64,000 bases of DNA from Spirulina sp. Its GTDB lineage: Bacteria > Cyanobacteriota > Cyanobacteriia > Phormidesmidales > Phormidesmidaceae. The notes below the pieces were generated by a model. That model was given only the letters and a program-made list of their open reading frames with translations, had not been told where the DNA came from and did no database searches. Positions 1-8,000 of this stretch are shown one piece after another. The position numbers were made by a program, and so were the translations under genes. Within the stretch, counting starts at the first letter, position 1, and each line of letters begins with the position of its first letter. The stretch is from assembly GCA_044070495.1 (NCBI GenBank), contig JBIPSI010000008.1:32001-96000 (forward strand), in the 5' to 3' direction.

Positions 1-1
1 G

Positions 2-1207
2 GGGAATTAGATGATCGTAAAAATCATCTGCGCTTTGGGCAAGGGCGTGACGAGCACCACCTAGATCTTGATAGGCGCTATAGGTAACTCGGTTTCGCTC
101 TCGGTGCTTCCATAGCTGCAACAACACAAATTGCAATAATGGTAGGGCGGCGGGTTCTCCCAGAACATCGGTAATAAGGTGATCAACCACCCCCTCTTCA
201 AACTTCAATCCAACCTGTTCGGCGGGGGCTGAAATGGCTTCCCTGAGTTCACCTGCGTCTAGGGGTAGCACACGCACCTGGGAATTTCTGAATCGTTCCC
301 CAAAGGTAGAGGTTGGGGCTGGCAATTCTGACAATGTGGAAATTTGGTCTTCAAAATCGCTCCGCATGGTGAGAATCAAATAGTCTTGAACGGAGGACGA
401 AGACTGAATTAGGGCCACCAGGCTATTGATGAAGGCTATGCGAAGCTGTTTATCTTGGCAAAGGGTAAAGGTTTCTTCAAACTGATCAATCACAATAACC
501 GCTGATTGTTCTCCGGCAATTTGCCTAATCAGGTCACTTACAGTCGTTGGATTTTTCTCGATCAGCCTAATATTTTGACTAATCTGATCAGCATTGTGCT
601 GTTGATTTGGGGTGAGCGTTCGCATCAGATTTTCTAGTGGATTACTGCCAGGAACTAGCGGCGGAAAGTAGTACCATTGGTGGCTATTCGGCAATGCCTC
701 AGCCTTTAATTTGGGCAATAATCCACCCCGAACCACCGAGGATTTACCGCTTCCCGATGCCCCCACAACGGCTAATAGGGGACTGGTTCCCAGGGCATCT
801 ACAAGCTGGGTTACGAGGCGCTGACGACCATAGAACCGATGGGCATCTTTTTCCTTAAAAGCCTCTAGCCCTAGGTAGGGGCAATCGGAATCATCTAGAG
901 ATGGAGAAAGCTCGATATCAAAGTTAGCTAGGTCAGAGTCAATAACCGGATAGCCTGCCCTTAGAAGCACAGAAACCCAATAGTCTAGAAGGCTTTGAGC
1001 CGCGAGGCGATCATCATCATTATCAATCACGGCTCCCGTTTCTCGTCCTTGGCAAATAAACGTCTTGATGTCAGAGAGAAGTTCTAAGTTCTCACCCTCT
1101 TGACGGTGACGTTTGAGCAGTTCTGTATAAGCTAGACGGAGGGCCGCAAAGCTAGGGAAACGATCTGGGGCATGGTCTGACGTAAACTCAGTTGCAAGAG
1201 AACTCAT
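2..1207 (-). CDS. nSTAND1-type STAND NTPase, N-terminal part (runs off left edge; not in ORF track)
   Basis: Manual translation from the ATG at 1207, which overlaps the CHAT gene stop (ATGA): MSSLATEFTSDHAPDRFPSFAALRLAY...CPYLGLEAFKEKDAHRFYGRQ...VVGASGSGKSS (Walker A)...VIVIDQFEETFTLC (Walker B)...LTMRSDF...LPLLQFVLLQLW. The frame is open to the window edge. Confidence 0.9.
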   Translation of the reverse strand, partial: MSSLATEFTSDHAPDRFPSFAALRLAYTELLKRHRQEGENLELLSDIKTFICQGRETGAVIDNDDDRLAAQSLLDYWVSVLLRAGYPVIDSDLANFDIELSPSLDDSDCPYLGLEAFKEKDAHRFYGRQRLVTQLVDALGTSPLLAVVGASGSGKSSVVRGGLLPKLKAEALPNSHQWYYFPPLVPGSNPLENLMRTLTPNQQHNADQISQNIRLIEKNPTTVSDLIRQIAGEQSAVIVIDQFEETFTLCQDKQLRIAFINSLVALIQSSSSVQDYLILTMRSDFEDQISTLSELPAPTSTFGERFRNSQVRVLPLDAGELREAISAPAEQVGLKFEEGVVDHLITDVLGEPAALPLLQFVLLQLWKHRERNRVTYSAYQDLGGARHALAQSADDFYDHLIP

Positions 1208-2838
1208 GATAGTTTCTCCATAACTGGGGCTAGGGCTGTTCGGATATCTCGCAATTCTTCACAGAGGTGAAGTAGAGCCAGATCGACTTGGACAAAGACA
1301 TCTAAGGCGGCGGCATAGTATCGATAAAAGCTGGCTCTTACTTTGGTCGGTTCTTTGAGGGTGAGGGCATCACACAAGCCTTGACGACACTGCTCTAGCC
1401 TCGTTACCTCTGCACCCAATTTACCCTGACATAGGCTGTTCACTTTTTCCTGTAAGTCAGATAAATCGTTGAGATTATCTTCATCTAAAACACTGGGAGC
1501 AAAGCCATTGGCAAAGACTCGAAGTTCAGAGTCAACTCTTTGCCAAGCGTCGTGCTCTTTAACAAAATGACCCAATTGATCACTAATACTGGCTAGGGAT
1601 GAGAGGCCCAGTTCAAACTTGGCGAGATGGTCAGATTCAGTCATATTTTCAGCAATAATCTTATCCCTAACTACACTTAAGTTCCTAATCAAATCAGATA
1701 ATCTCAAGGTTTTGGCGATGCTGGTTAGATTGGCATTTAGGCAAATTGGCTCCGTGGATAAAATGCGGCTCAAGCTACGTAGCGCTTGATTGATGTCGTG
1801 TTCACTGGACTGACTAATGGCGGATTCTAGCTTGTCCCGAACCGTCTCTAATTCCTTGATCCATCTAGGTGTCTCATCGTCATCTTGGGAATGCTGGTCA
1901 ACTAGGCTGTGCGCCTTTACGATGCTACTTTGCAGGTTCATTTCATACTCTGAGAGCATCATAAGACCCTCTTCATCGCCTATGAAACGCTGTTTGTAGC
2001 GAAAAATAGGCCAATAGCATTTTGTTTCTATTGCCTGGAGTAGATCGTGGAGTTGCTTGTAATAGCTCAGAGTTTCTACGCGGCTGTAGACGACTTCAAG
2101 ATCAGCCTTAAAAATTACGACAGACTCATAGACGGCTGGATTGGACAATAGGGTTTCTAGGGCAACAAAACCCTCGGTTAGCTTTTCACCCTCTGGCTTG
2201 CCACAGGCATCTACAAATGGTGTCAGCGATTCTTTGATATAAATCCTAGGGATGAGGGTATTTGCCACGTCCTGCGAACTAGATATTTCAATGTCGCGTC
2301 TATGACTATTATTTTGCCCTTCTACTCTCATGTAGAGCAATCCCTGATCATGGGCCTGGGAAATGGAACATCCAGCTCCTAGTCCTAAATAAAATCCTTT
2401 GGCGTAGGCAATGGCATCCTGATCAGGAATCGCCCGACTCATGCCAATGACGTAGTTGATGTGTTGAGCAATGGCCTTTGCCTGATCAACAGAATAGCAA
2501 GCATTGAGGACAATACATTCCACTGTATTTCTGATGATTTCAGACTGAAACAAGTCCGACAATACATCAGTTTTAATAAGGAGCGGTTGGCCACAGTCTT
2601 GTTCTAATACTAGGCCCGATTCCCCCGTGCCATGACCACAGAAGTGAACAATGCGGGGTCTGATTTCCAGAATAGCTCGCTGTAGATCCTCCCATCGTGC
2701 TGCTGTCCGTTCTTCTAAATCGAACTGATCTCGATATTTGGCTTGGGCAAGAAAGTCCCGAATATCGCGAAGTTCTTGGTTCAGTTTTAGGACTGAAGTG
2801 CCGTCTGGATTCGCTGCAATGGCGAGGATAGTTTTCAT
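1204..2838 (-). CDS. CHAT-domain (caspase-HetF-like) protease with unknown C-terminal helical domain
   Basis: ILAIAANP start, VHFCGHG (His), VLNACYS (Cys), YVIGM motifs; about 330 aa helical C-terminus with YYKQLHDLL. Confidence 0.88.
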   Translation of the reverse strand: MKTILAIAANPDGTSVLKLNQELRDIRDFLAQAKYRDQFDLEERTAARWEDLQRAILEIRPRIVHFCGHGTGESGLVLEQDCGQPLLIKTDVLSDLFQSEIIRNTVECIVLNACYSVDQAKAIAQHINYVIGMSRAIPDQDAIAYAKGFYLGLGAGCSISQAHDQGLLYMRVEGQNNSHRRDIEISSSQDVANTLIPRIYIKESLTPFVDACGKPEGEKLTEGFVALETLLSNPAVYESVVIFKADLEVVYSRVETLSYYKQLHDLLQAIETKCYWPIFRYKQRFIGDEEGLMMLSEYEMNLQSSIVKAHSLVDQHSQDDDETPRWIKELETVRDKLESAISQSSEHDINQALRSLSRILSTEPICLNANLTSIAKTLRLSDLIRNLSVVRDKIIAENMTESDHLAKFELGLSSLASISDQLGHFVKEHDAWQRVDSELRVFANGFAPSVLDEDNLNDLSDLQEKVNSLCQGKLGAEVTRLEQCRQGLCDALTLKEPTKVRASFYRYYAAALDVFVQVDLALLHLCEELRDIRTALAPVMEKLS

Positions 2839-2874
2839 GGCACGGTGCTGAATTCAAGGTCGAATTCGATCAGG

Positions 2875-5800
2875 CTAGGTATTCCCTATCTGGGGCCAAG
2901 ATTGGGACTCATTGGGGCTGGGTTCCAATGGTTGGTTAGATAGTTGCAGGCCCAAAAATCCCACAACGAGGAACACAACCGCCGCCACAATCCACCACAG
3001 CAGCGGATTGCCAGAGGATTTTTCTTCCCCTGAGTCGGCAGACCCAACGGGATCATTCGTTACAGAGGCAGGCCCAACGGGGCCAGGAGTCCCAGCATTG
3101 GGGGATGTGGAATTACCTGGAACTTCGGAGGTTTCATCCTGCGGAGGTTGAGGACTAGAAGATTTTGGGATGGACAATTCTGGACTGGATGATTCTGGAC
3201 TGGGTGATTCTGGATTCAGGGGTTCTGGGGTAGACGATTCTGGATTAGGGGGTTCTGGGGTGGACGGTTCGGCGGTGGGCAGGATACCCGTCAGTGCGCT
3301 TTGGGCCATGTCGCCCAGGGCTTTTACCCCCACCGGATCGCTGAAGTAGACCAGGTGATCGCAGGCGACTTCCACCATGGCGGGGGCGGGCTGGCGACCG
3401 GAGGGGATGGCTTTGATGCTCTCCACCGTGACGGCCAGGTCGTTAGGAATGCCGAAGAAAGGCAGTTCCATCAAGCCCTTCAGTCGCTCCATCAGCCGTT
3501 GCCGCAGGTTGCCCTGGGGTTGGTCGGCGGGGATGAGGGTGATATTTCCGGCAATCACGGTGTAGGGAATGCCGGGATCGGGGTTGGCCGCCAGTTGTTT
3601 GATGAAGTCGGAGTTGGGATCCATTTGATCCAGCGTGACATCGATGGTTTCGATGCCTTCGACGCCCTTGGCCAAGAGTTTGAGGGCGCTGGACACAAAC
3701 ACGATGGGGAACGTCACCTTAGACAGGCCGTTCAGCACCAGGGTCAGCAGGGTCGTAATGCCCGCCACAGTTTGGGGCCAGGGGGATCCGCCGCTGGGGG
3801 TGCCCAGCAAAATCAGGTGTTGAACGACCTCGTTGCCGCCCTCGCGCTCAATGAACCAGCGGGACACCAGCCCCCCCATGGAGTGGGCAATGATGTGCAG
3901 GGTTTTGCCGTGGTTGGGGCCAAGGCCAACGCTTTCCAGCCGTTGTTGGAGTCCCTGGGCATGGGTTTCGATGGCGGTATTCAGGCTCTCGTAGTCGAAG
4001 GCCAGCACCAGGTCGTAGCAGTCTTTTAGGGGTTTGGCTTCCCCAGGCAGGGCGGCCACGGCGGTTTCGATGCTGGGCACCATGCTTTCGGTGTCGCCGA
4101 TGATGCCGTGGATGTAGAGGGCGATGCGCTGGGCCTGGGCGACGCGGCTGGCCATGGCGGCGGGGTCGGTGATGTAGGTGACTTCGCCGTTATTGACCTC
4201 GGCCACCCTGAGGAAGGGATACTCAAAGGGCAAGCCCAGCTTTTGCCGGACAACTTTTTGGAAGAAAATCCGAATCGCTCCACCCAGGCTGCGCTTCCCT
4301 TCACTGATGGGTTCGGGCAGGCGGTCGATGGTGATCTCGGTTTGGTTGCCTTTGCCGATACCTTGGCCCAAGGGCAGATAAAACTCCCCATCAAAGGCCA
4401 CAGGCAGCACCATGGCATCGGGTTCTAGGGCCACATTGGCCACCAGTTTGAGGGGATTTTCGGCGGTAACGGCCTCCCGATTTTGCACGTCCCGCAGTTC
4501 CAACGCACTCAGGCCCGGATCGGTGGCGCGGCTGGCGGTGAACTGAAACGCCTGGGTTTGATCCCGCAGCAGGGGCGGCAAAATGTGGCTCCCCAAATCG
4601 CGGGTGGATTGGGAAACGGTGGTGAGCCGCGCATTAGCGGAAAAGCCCTCCGGGTTCTGGATGGTGATGCCCTGCATCAAACTCACCTGGGGCGCAGCGG
4701 CAGAGAGGGCCACGGTTTCCCTAGGGCGCACGGTGGTAATGGTGATCTGGCTGGTCATCCAGTCGTCGGTGGCATCTTCGTCCTCGTCGTCGCCAATGTC
4801 GCGGGTTTGGATGCGCGTCATCAGCCGATTCAGCATTCCCTTGGGCGGCATGGAACGGGTCACGTCCTCTCGATAAAAACCGCGCAGTTCGCCCTGGAAG
4901 AGGGTGAGTTTGTCCTGCTCCAACAACCGTCCATCAAAGGCGGTGGGGCTGACGATCAGCTTCAGCACATCCTTATATTCCGTAATGCCCTGCTCCCACA
5001 GTTCCTTGGGCATCGTCGCCGAAACCAATGCCCCTTGGCGGGCATAGGCTTCCTGGCCTGGATCTAGCCACACGCCCCCGGCCTCAAACAGGGCCGCACT
5101 GATGGCGAACCGCTCGGTCAAATCCAGCACGGTGCAATAGAGCCGTTGGGAACTGGTATTGGTGAGCTTGAGCTGAAATTTGGGCGCTTTGTTATTGGCG
5201 TCATAGCTCAACCGCAGGTCGCTTTGGTGAACGCTTTGGTCGGGCAGAACCACCTCCATCCGTACGGCATGGGCAGGAATGCGGCTGGTGGGAGAGCCTT
5301 GCAAATCTAGGGTGGTCGTCCAGCGGGCCAGGTGTTCTAGCAAACCCAGGGTTTCGCGGGCCTTGGCGCTGTCGAATCCCCGCACAGGCTCCAGCAAAAC
5401 CCGATCATCAACGGGCCGTTTGATGCGATAGTTCCCATCCTGGGCGACCACTTGAAACGTAGCATCGACGGCATCTTCCACGACTCTGACATACAGGGAC
5501 GCAGGCTGGAAGCTACTGCCCATAATCGCCCCACGCAGCAGCCCTAACCCAGCCTCATCCCCCAACAGATGCACCCCCATGGGCGGCAAGGGCAAAGCTT
5601 TGACGACGGCCTTAAAGCTCATCTCCGGCGAAAGGGGTTCGATGCCCGTGATTTGCACGCGGCTGAGGGTGGGCTGCACAGCGGTAACGGTCGCCGTACC
5701 CAGGGGCGTACCTTGACCTAAATCGCCATCCGCCATATCCGCCGGAAACAGGGAAAAAACCGTAGTTTCTCCCCCCTTAGGCTGAGGAATACCGTGGATA

Positions 5801-6738
5801 CTGCCGCCATCAATCACCCAGCCCTCCTGGCGATGGCAACTTACCAAAAAATGGGGACTCCTAGGCCGAATTGCGCCGCCAAGGAAGGGCTGATCCAAAT
5901 CTTCGGGAACGCTGGCCTCTAGCTGGGGAGCCTGGGCCGAAACCCGACTTTGCACCAGGGCCGAGGTGCGCTTAAACAGGTCGCGATAGGTGAGGCTGCC
6001 GTTGGCCTTTTGCAGGGTCTCTAGCAAAAAGTAGGAAAATGCTCCCCGGTGCTCGCCATCGCTGGAATATTCCTTGGCTTCTTCAATGTCTTGGCAGGCG
6101 GCCAGCAACACATGGCGACCCTGGGGAATGCGCCAACCGCTGACGGCCCCCAGGCTGCGGGTTACGGGCGGGGCCGCCGGAATCGCCTCTGGGGTCACAA
6201 TAAAGCTGTCGATGGGGCGCTGACGTTTATCCGTGGGTGCCCGCCGCACCGATTCGCTGGACACGGCATCGCCACGGGTGCCAGAACCAGAATGGCAACA
6301 GTCCAAAATCACCACCATATGGGGATGGTTGGCGGCCACGTCGGCAATCAGCTTGGCCAGTTCCTTGTCGGCCAAATCCCAACTGCCCGCGCAACGGCTG
6401 TCGTAGCACACCAGGGTTTCATCCAGCCGATCCGGCTCCAGGTGCCAAAATTCCTCCGGCGCTGGCTCCTGGGAACCATGCCCCGCATAGAAAAAGAGGG
6501 CCACATCCCCTTCCCGCGCCTGCCCCAGGTGGCTGCGAAAGCCCTCAATTACCGCCTGTCGGGTGGCTTGCTCGTTTAGCAGCACTTTTAGGTGGAGGTT
6601 GCCGTTGTCTTGGCCCACGCGCCCCTCTAGGTAGGCTTGCATGGCGGCGACATCGTTGGTGCAACCCTGCAAATGGGGCACATAGGAGGTGGGATCGTAT
6701 TGGTTAAGGCCGACGAGGAGGGCGTAGGTGTTGGTCAT
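2875..6738 (-). CDS. Caspase-like (peptidase C14) protease fused to alpha/beta-hydrolase (lipase-like) domain, Pro/Ser linker and C-terminal TM helix
   Basis: YALLVGLNQY, LQGCTNDV, FFYAGHGS (His), ILDCCHSG (Cys); later LYIHGIIG, IIAHSMGGLVSR (nucleophile elbow), LGTPSGGS, CDHLVYF; C-terminal LLWWIVAAVVFLVVGFLGL. Confidence 0.9.
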   Translation of the reverse strand: MTNTYALLVGLNQYDPTSYVPHLQGCTNDVAAMQAYLEGRVGQDNGNLHLKVLLNEQATRQAVIEGFRSHLGQAREGDVALFFYAGHGSQEPAPEEFWHLEPDRLDETLVCYDSRCAGSWDLADKELAKLIADVAANHPHMVVILDCCHSGSGTRGDAVSSESVRRAPTDKRQRPIDSFIVTPEAIPAAPPVTRSLGAVSGWRIPQGRHVLLAACQDIEEAKEYSSDGEHRGAFSYFLLETLQKANGSLTYRDLFKRTSALVQSRVSAQAPQLEASVPEDLDQPFLGGAIRPRSPHFLVSCHRQEGWVIDGGSIHGIPQPKGGETTVFSLFPADMADGDLGQGTPLGTATVTAVQPTLSRVQITGIEPLSPEMSFKAVVKALPLPPMGVHLLGDEAGLGLLRGAIMGSSFQPASLYVRVVEDAVDATFQVVAQDGNYRIKRPVDDRVLLEPVRGFDSAKARETLGLLEHLARWTTTLDLQGSPTSRIPAHAVRMEVVLPDQSVHQSDLRLSYDANNKAPKFQLKLTNTSSQRLYCTVLDLTERFAISAALFEAGGVWLDPGQEAYARQGALVSATMPKELWEQGITEYKDVLKLIVSPTAFDGRLLEQDKLTLFQGELRGFYREDVTRSMPPKGMLNRLMTRIQTRDIGDDEDEDATDDWMTSQITITTVRPRETVALSAAAPQVSLMQGITIQNPEGFSANARLTTVSQSTRDLGSHILPPLLRDQTQAFQFTASRATDPGLSALELRDVQNREAVTAENPLKLVANVALEPDAMVLPVAFDGEFYLPLGQGIGKGNQTEITIDRLPEPISEGKRSLGGAIRIFFQKVVRQKLGLPFEYPFLRVAEVNNGEVTYITDPAAMASRVAQAQRIALYIHGIIGDTESMVPSIETAVAALPGEAKPLKDCYDLVLAFDYESLNTAIETHAQGLQQRLESVGLGPNHGKTLHIIAHSMGGLVSRWFIEREGGNEVVQHLILLGTPSGGSPWPQTVAGITTLLTLVLNGLSKVTFPIVFVSSALKLLAKGVEGIETIDVTLDQMDPNSDFIKQLAANPDPGIPYTVIAGNITLIPADQPQGNLRQRLMERLKGLMELPFFGIPNDLAVTVESIKAIPSGRQPAPAMVEVACDHLVYFSDPVGVKALGDMAQSALTGILPTAEPSTPEPPNPESSTPEPLNPESPSPESSSPELSIPKSSSPQPPQDETSEVPGNSTSPNAGTPGPVGPASVTNDPVGSADSGEEKSSGNPLLWWIVAAVVFLVVGFLGLQLSNQPLEPSPNESQSWPQIGNT
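3165..3270 (-). repeat. Imperfect 15/30-bp coding tandem repeats encoding (P-E-S-S-x/P-E-P-x-N) linker
   Basis: gattctggat(t)...ggggttctggggt repeated; protein PEPPNPESSTPEPLNPESPSPESSSPE. Confidence 0.6.
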
Positions 6739-6763
6739 GGGAATCTGCCAGGGGGATTAGTTG

Positions 6764-6810
6764 GGTGGGGAGGTGGGGAGGTGGGAAGGTGGGAAGGTGG
6801 GAAGGTGGAA
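6764..6810. repeat. 8-bp short tandem repeat GGTGGG(G/A)A, about 6 copies, intergenic
   Basis: ggtgggga ggtgggga ggtgggaa ggtgggaa ggtgggaa ggtggaa. Confidence 0.85.
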
Positions 6811-6870
6811 TAGATATTACGTTTGGGGGGAAGGGCTGTATGCTCATCACGGTCTGGTGTGTTTTCTGAT

Positions 6871-7899
6871 TTATTTCAAGGCTTTGATGATTTCTCGCAG
6901 CCGCTTATTGAGGTCTAGGAATCTGTCCATTTGTTGCTGACTTAAAGCAACGCCTAAATCTTTCATTTCTTTGAGATCGATAAAACTCTGAAGATCTTGA
7001 AACTTAAGTGCATCGCCAACGAAGGATTTCATGGCATCCCTTTGCGCCACTCTCATCGCACTATCCTCATCACCTTGGGCATGGTTGAGAATAGTGGCTA
7101 ATTGTTGATTCTTGCGAAGCTCCTGATCATCGCCGGAGGCTACAAGGGCAGGGACAACTTTGATAACCACGTAGTCGTCCTGCATGGGCTGTTCTTTATC
7201 GGCAATAGAAAAGTATTCTAGATGTAAACCCCGAAGCTGATACTTAACGGCTTCAACGGGTTGGTTAAACAACACGTAGGCACCGCATCGAAGTTTGGCT
7301 TCACCCTCTGGAAAAAGGCTGTAAAAATCAACCTGACTCTTGAAGACAACCTGATTTTGCTGTTGTAGTTCAGCCAGTTTAGCCAGCCCAAGTACGGCGT
7401 TTCCGACAATGCCAGAAAATGGGATTAACGTGGGAAAGACTGCTCCAAATCCTGCATTGACCTGCCTTAAGGCCGCCAAAACAGAATCGTTGTCTTGCAA
7501 TCCCTTATCGACTTCAATAATGGAAACCTCAAGCCAAACACGATTTTTAAGGGAATGATTTTCTCTGCCAAAAATATGCTCAAACTCTAGGTTGTCTTGT
7601 GGAGAGCCTTCCTTGATATCTATCCCAAAGAAGTTGATGGCTTCCGTGGTGGGTTCATTACCATACTTAACCCGCGACTGAACCAAAAGATCGTTGCCGC
7701 TGCGATTCTCATCATAGTTTTCTCTGATCAAGAAGGTTTCTAGGGTAATCGTAAACGATCCCCCTTCTTCCACCAGTTTGTCGGTTGGAGCTAGGGGTGA
7801 AAAGGCTCTTTGGAGTCTGGCACCTTGGGGGTTATCTAACTCGGCTAAGGGCACAAACCAGCACGTATCTTTGTTAATATCTCTGGAACGAGTTTCCAT
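6871..7899 (-). CDS. Hypothetical protein (beta-rich core, central hydrophobic hairpin, C-terminal helices)
   Basis: Long ORF in operon; probable ATG at 7899 after GGAAGG; central segment GFGAVFPTLIPFSGIVGNAVLGLAKL. Confidence 0.8.
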   Translation of the reverse strand: METRSRDINKDTCWFVPLAELDNPQGARLQRAFSPLAPTDKLVEEGGSFTITLETFLIRENYDENRSGNDLLVQSRVKYGNEPTTEAINFFGIDIKEGSPQDNLEFEHIFGRENHSLKNRVWLEVSIIEVDKGLQDNDSVLAALRQVNAGFGAVFPTLIPFSGIVGNAVLGLAKLAELQQQNQVVFKSQVDFYSLFPEGEAKLRCGAYVLFNQPVEAVKYQLRGLHLEYFSIADKEQPMQDDYVVIKVVPALVASGDDQELRKNQQLATILNHAQGDEDSAMRVAQRDAMKSFVGDALKFQDLQSFIDLKEMKDLGVALSQQQMDRFLDLNKRLREIIKALK

Positions 7900-8000
7900 A
7901 GTCCTTCCCAATGGGTTATGGGGTATTGCTAGATCCGTCAAATGTGATAAAAGGTGTCTGACTGTTTCCTTGCGGCTTTAGCCAGACACCTTTCCTAGAT

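Noticed and set aside
3301..6707. Long plus-strand ORFs opposite the caspase gene (and similar antisense ORFs in glgP, gdhA, WD40 and kinase genes)
   Set aside because: Shadow ORFs produced by GC-rich codon bias of the real gene on the other strand.
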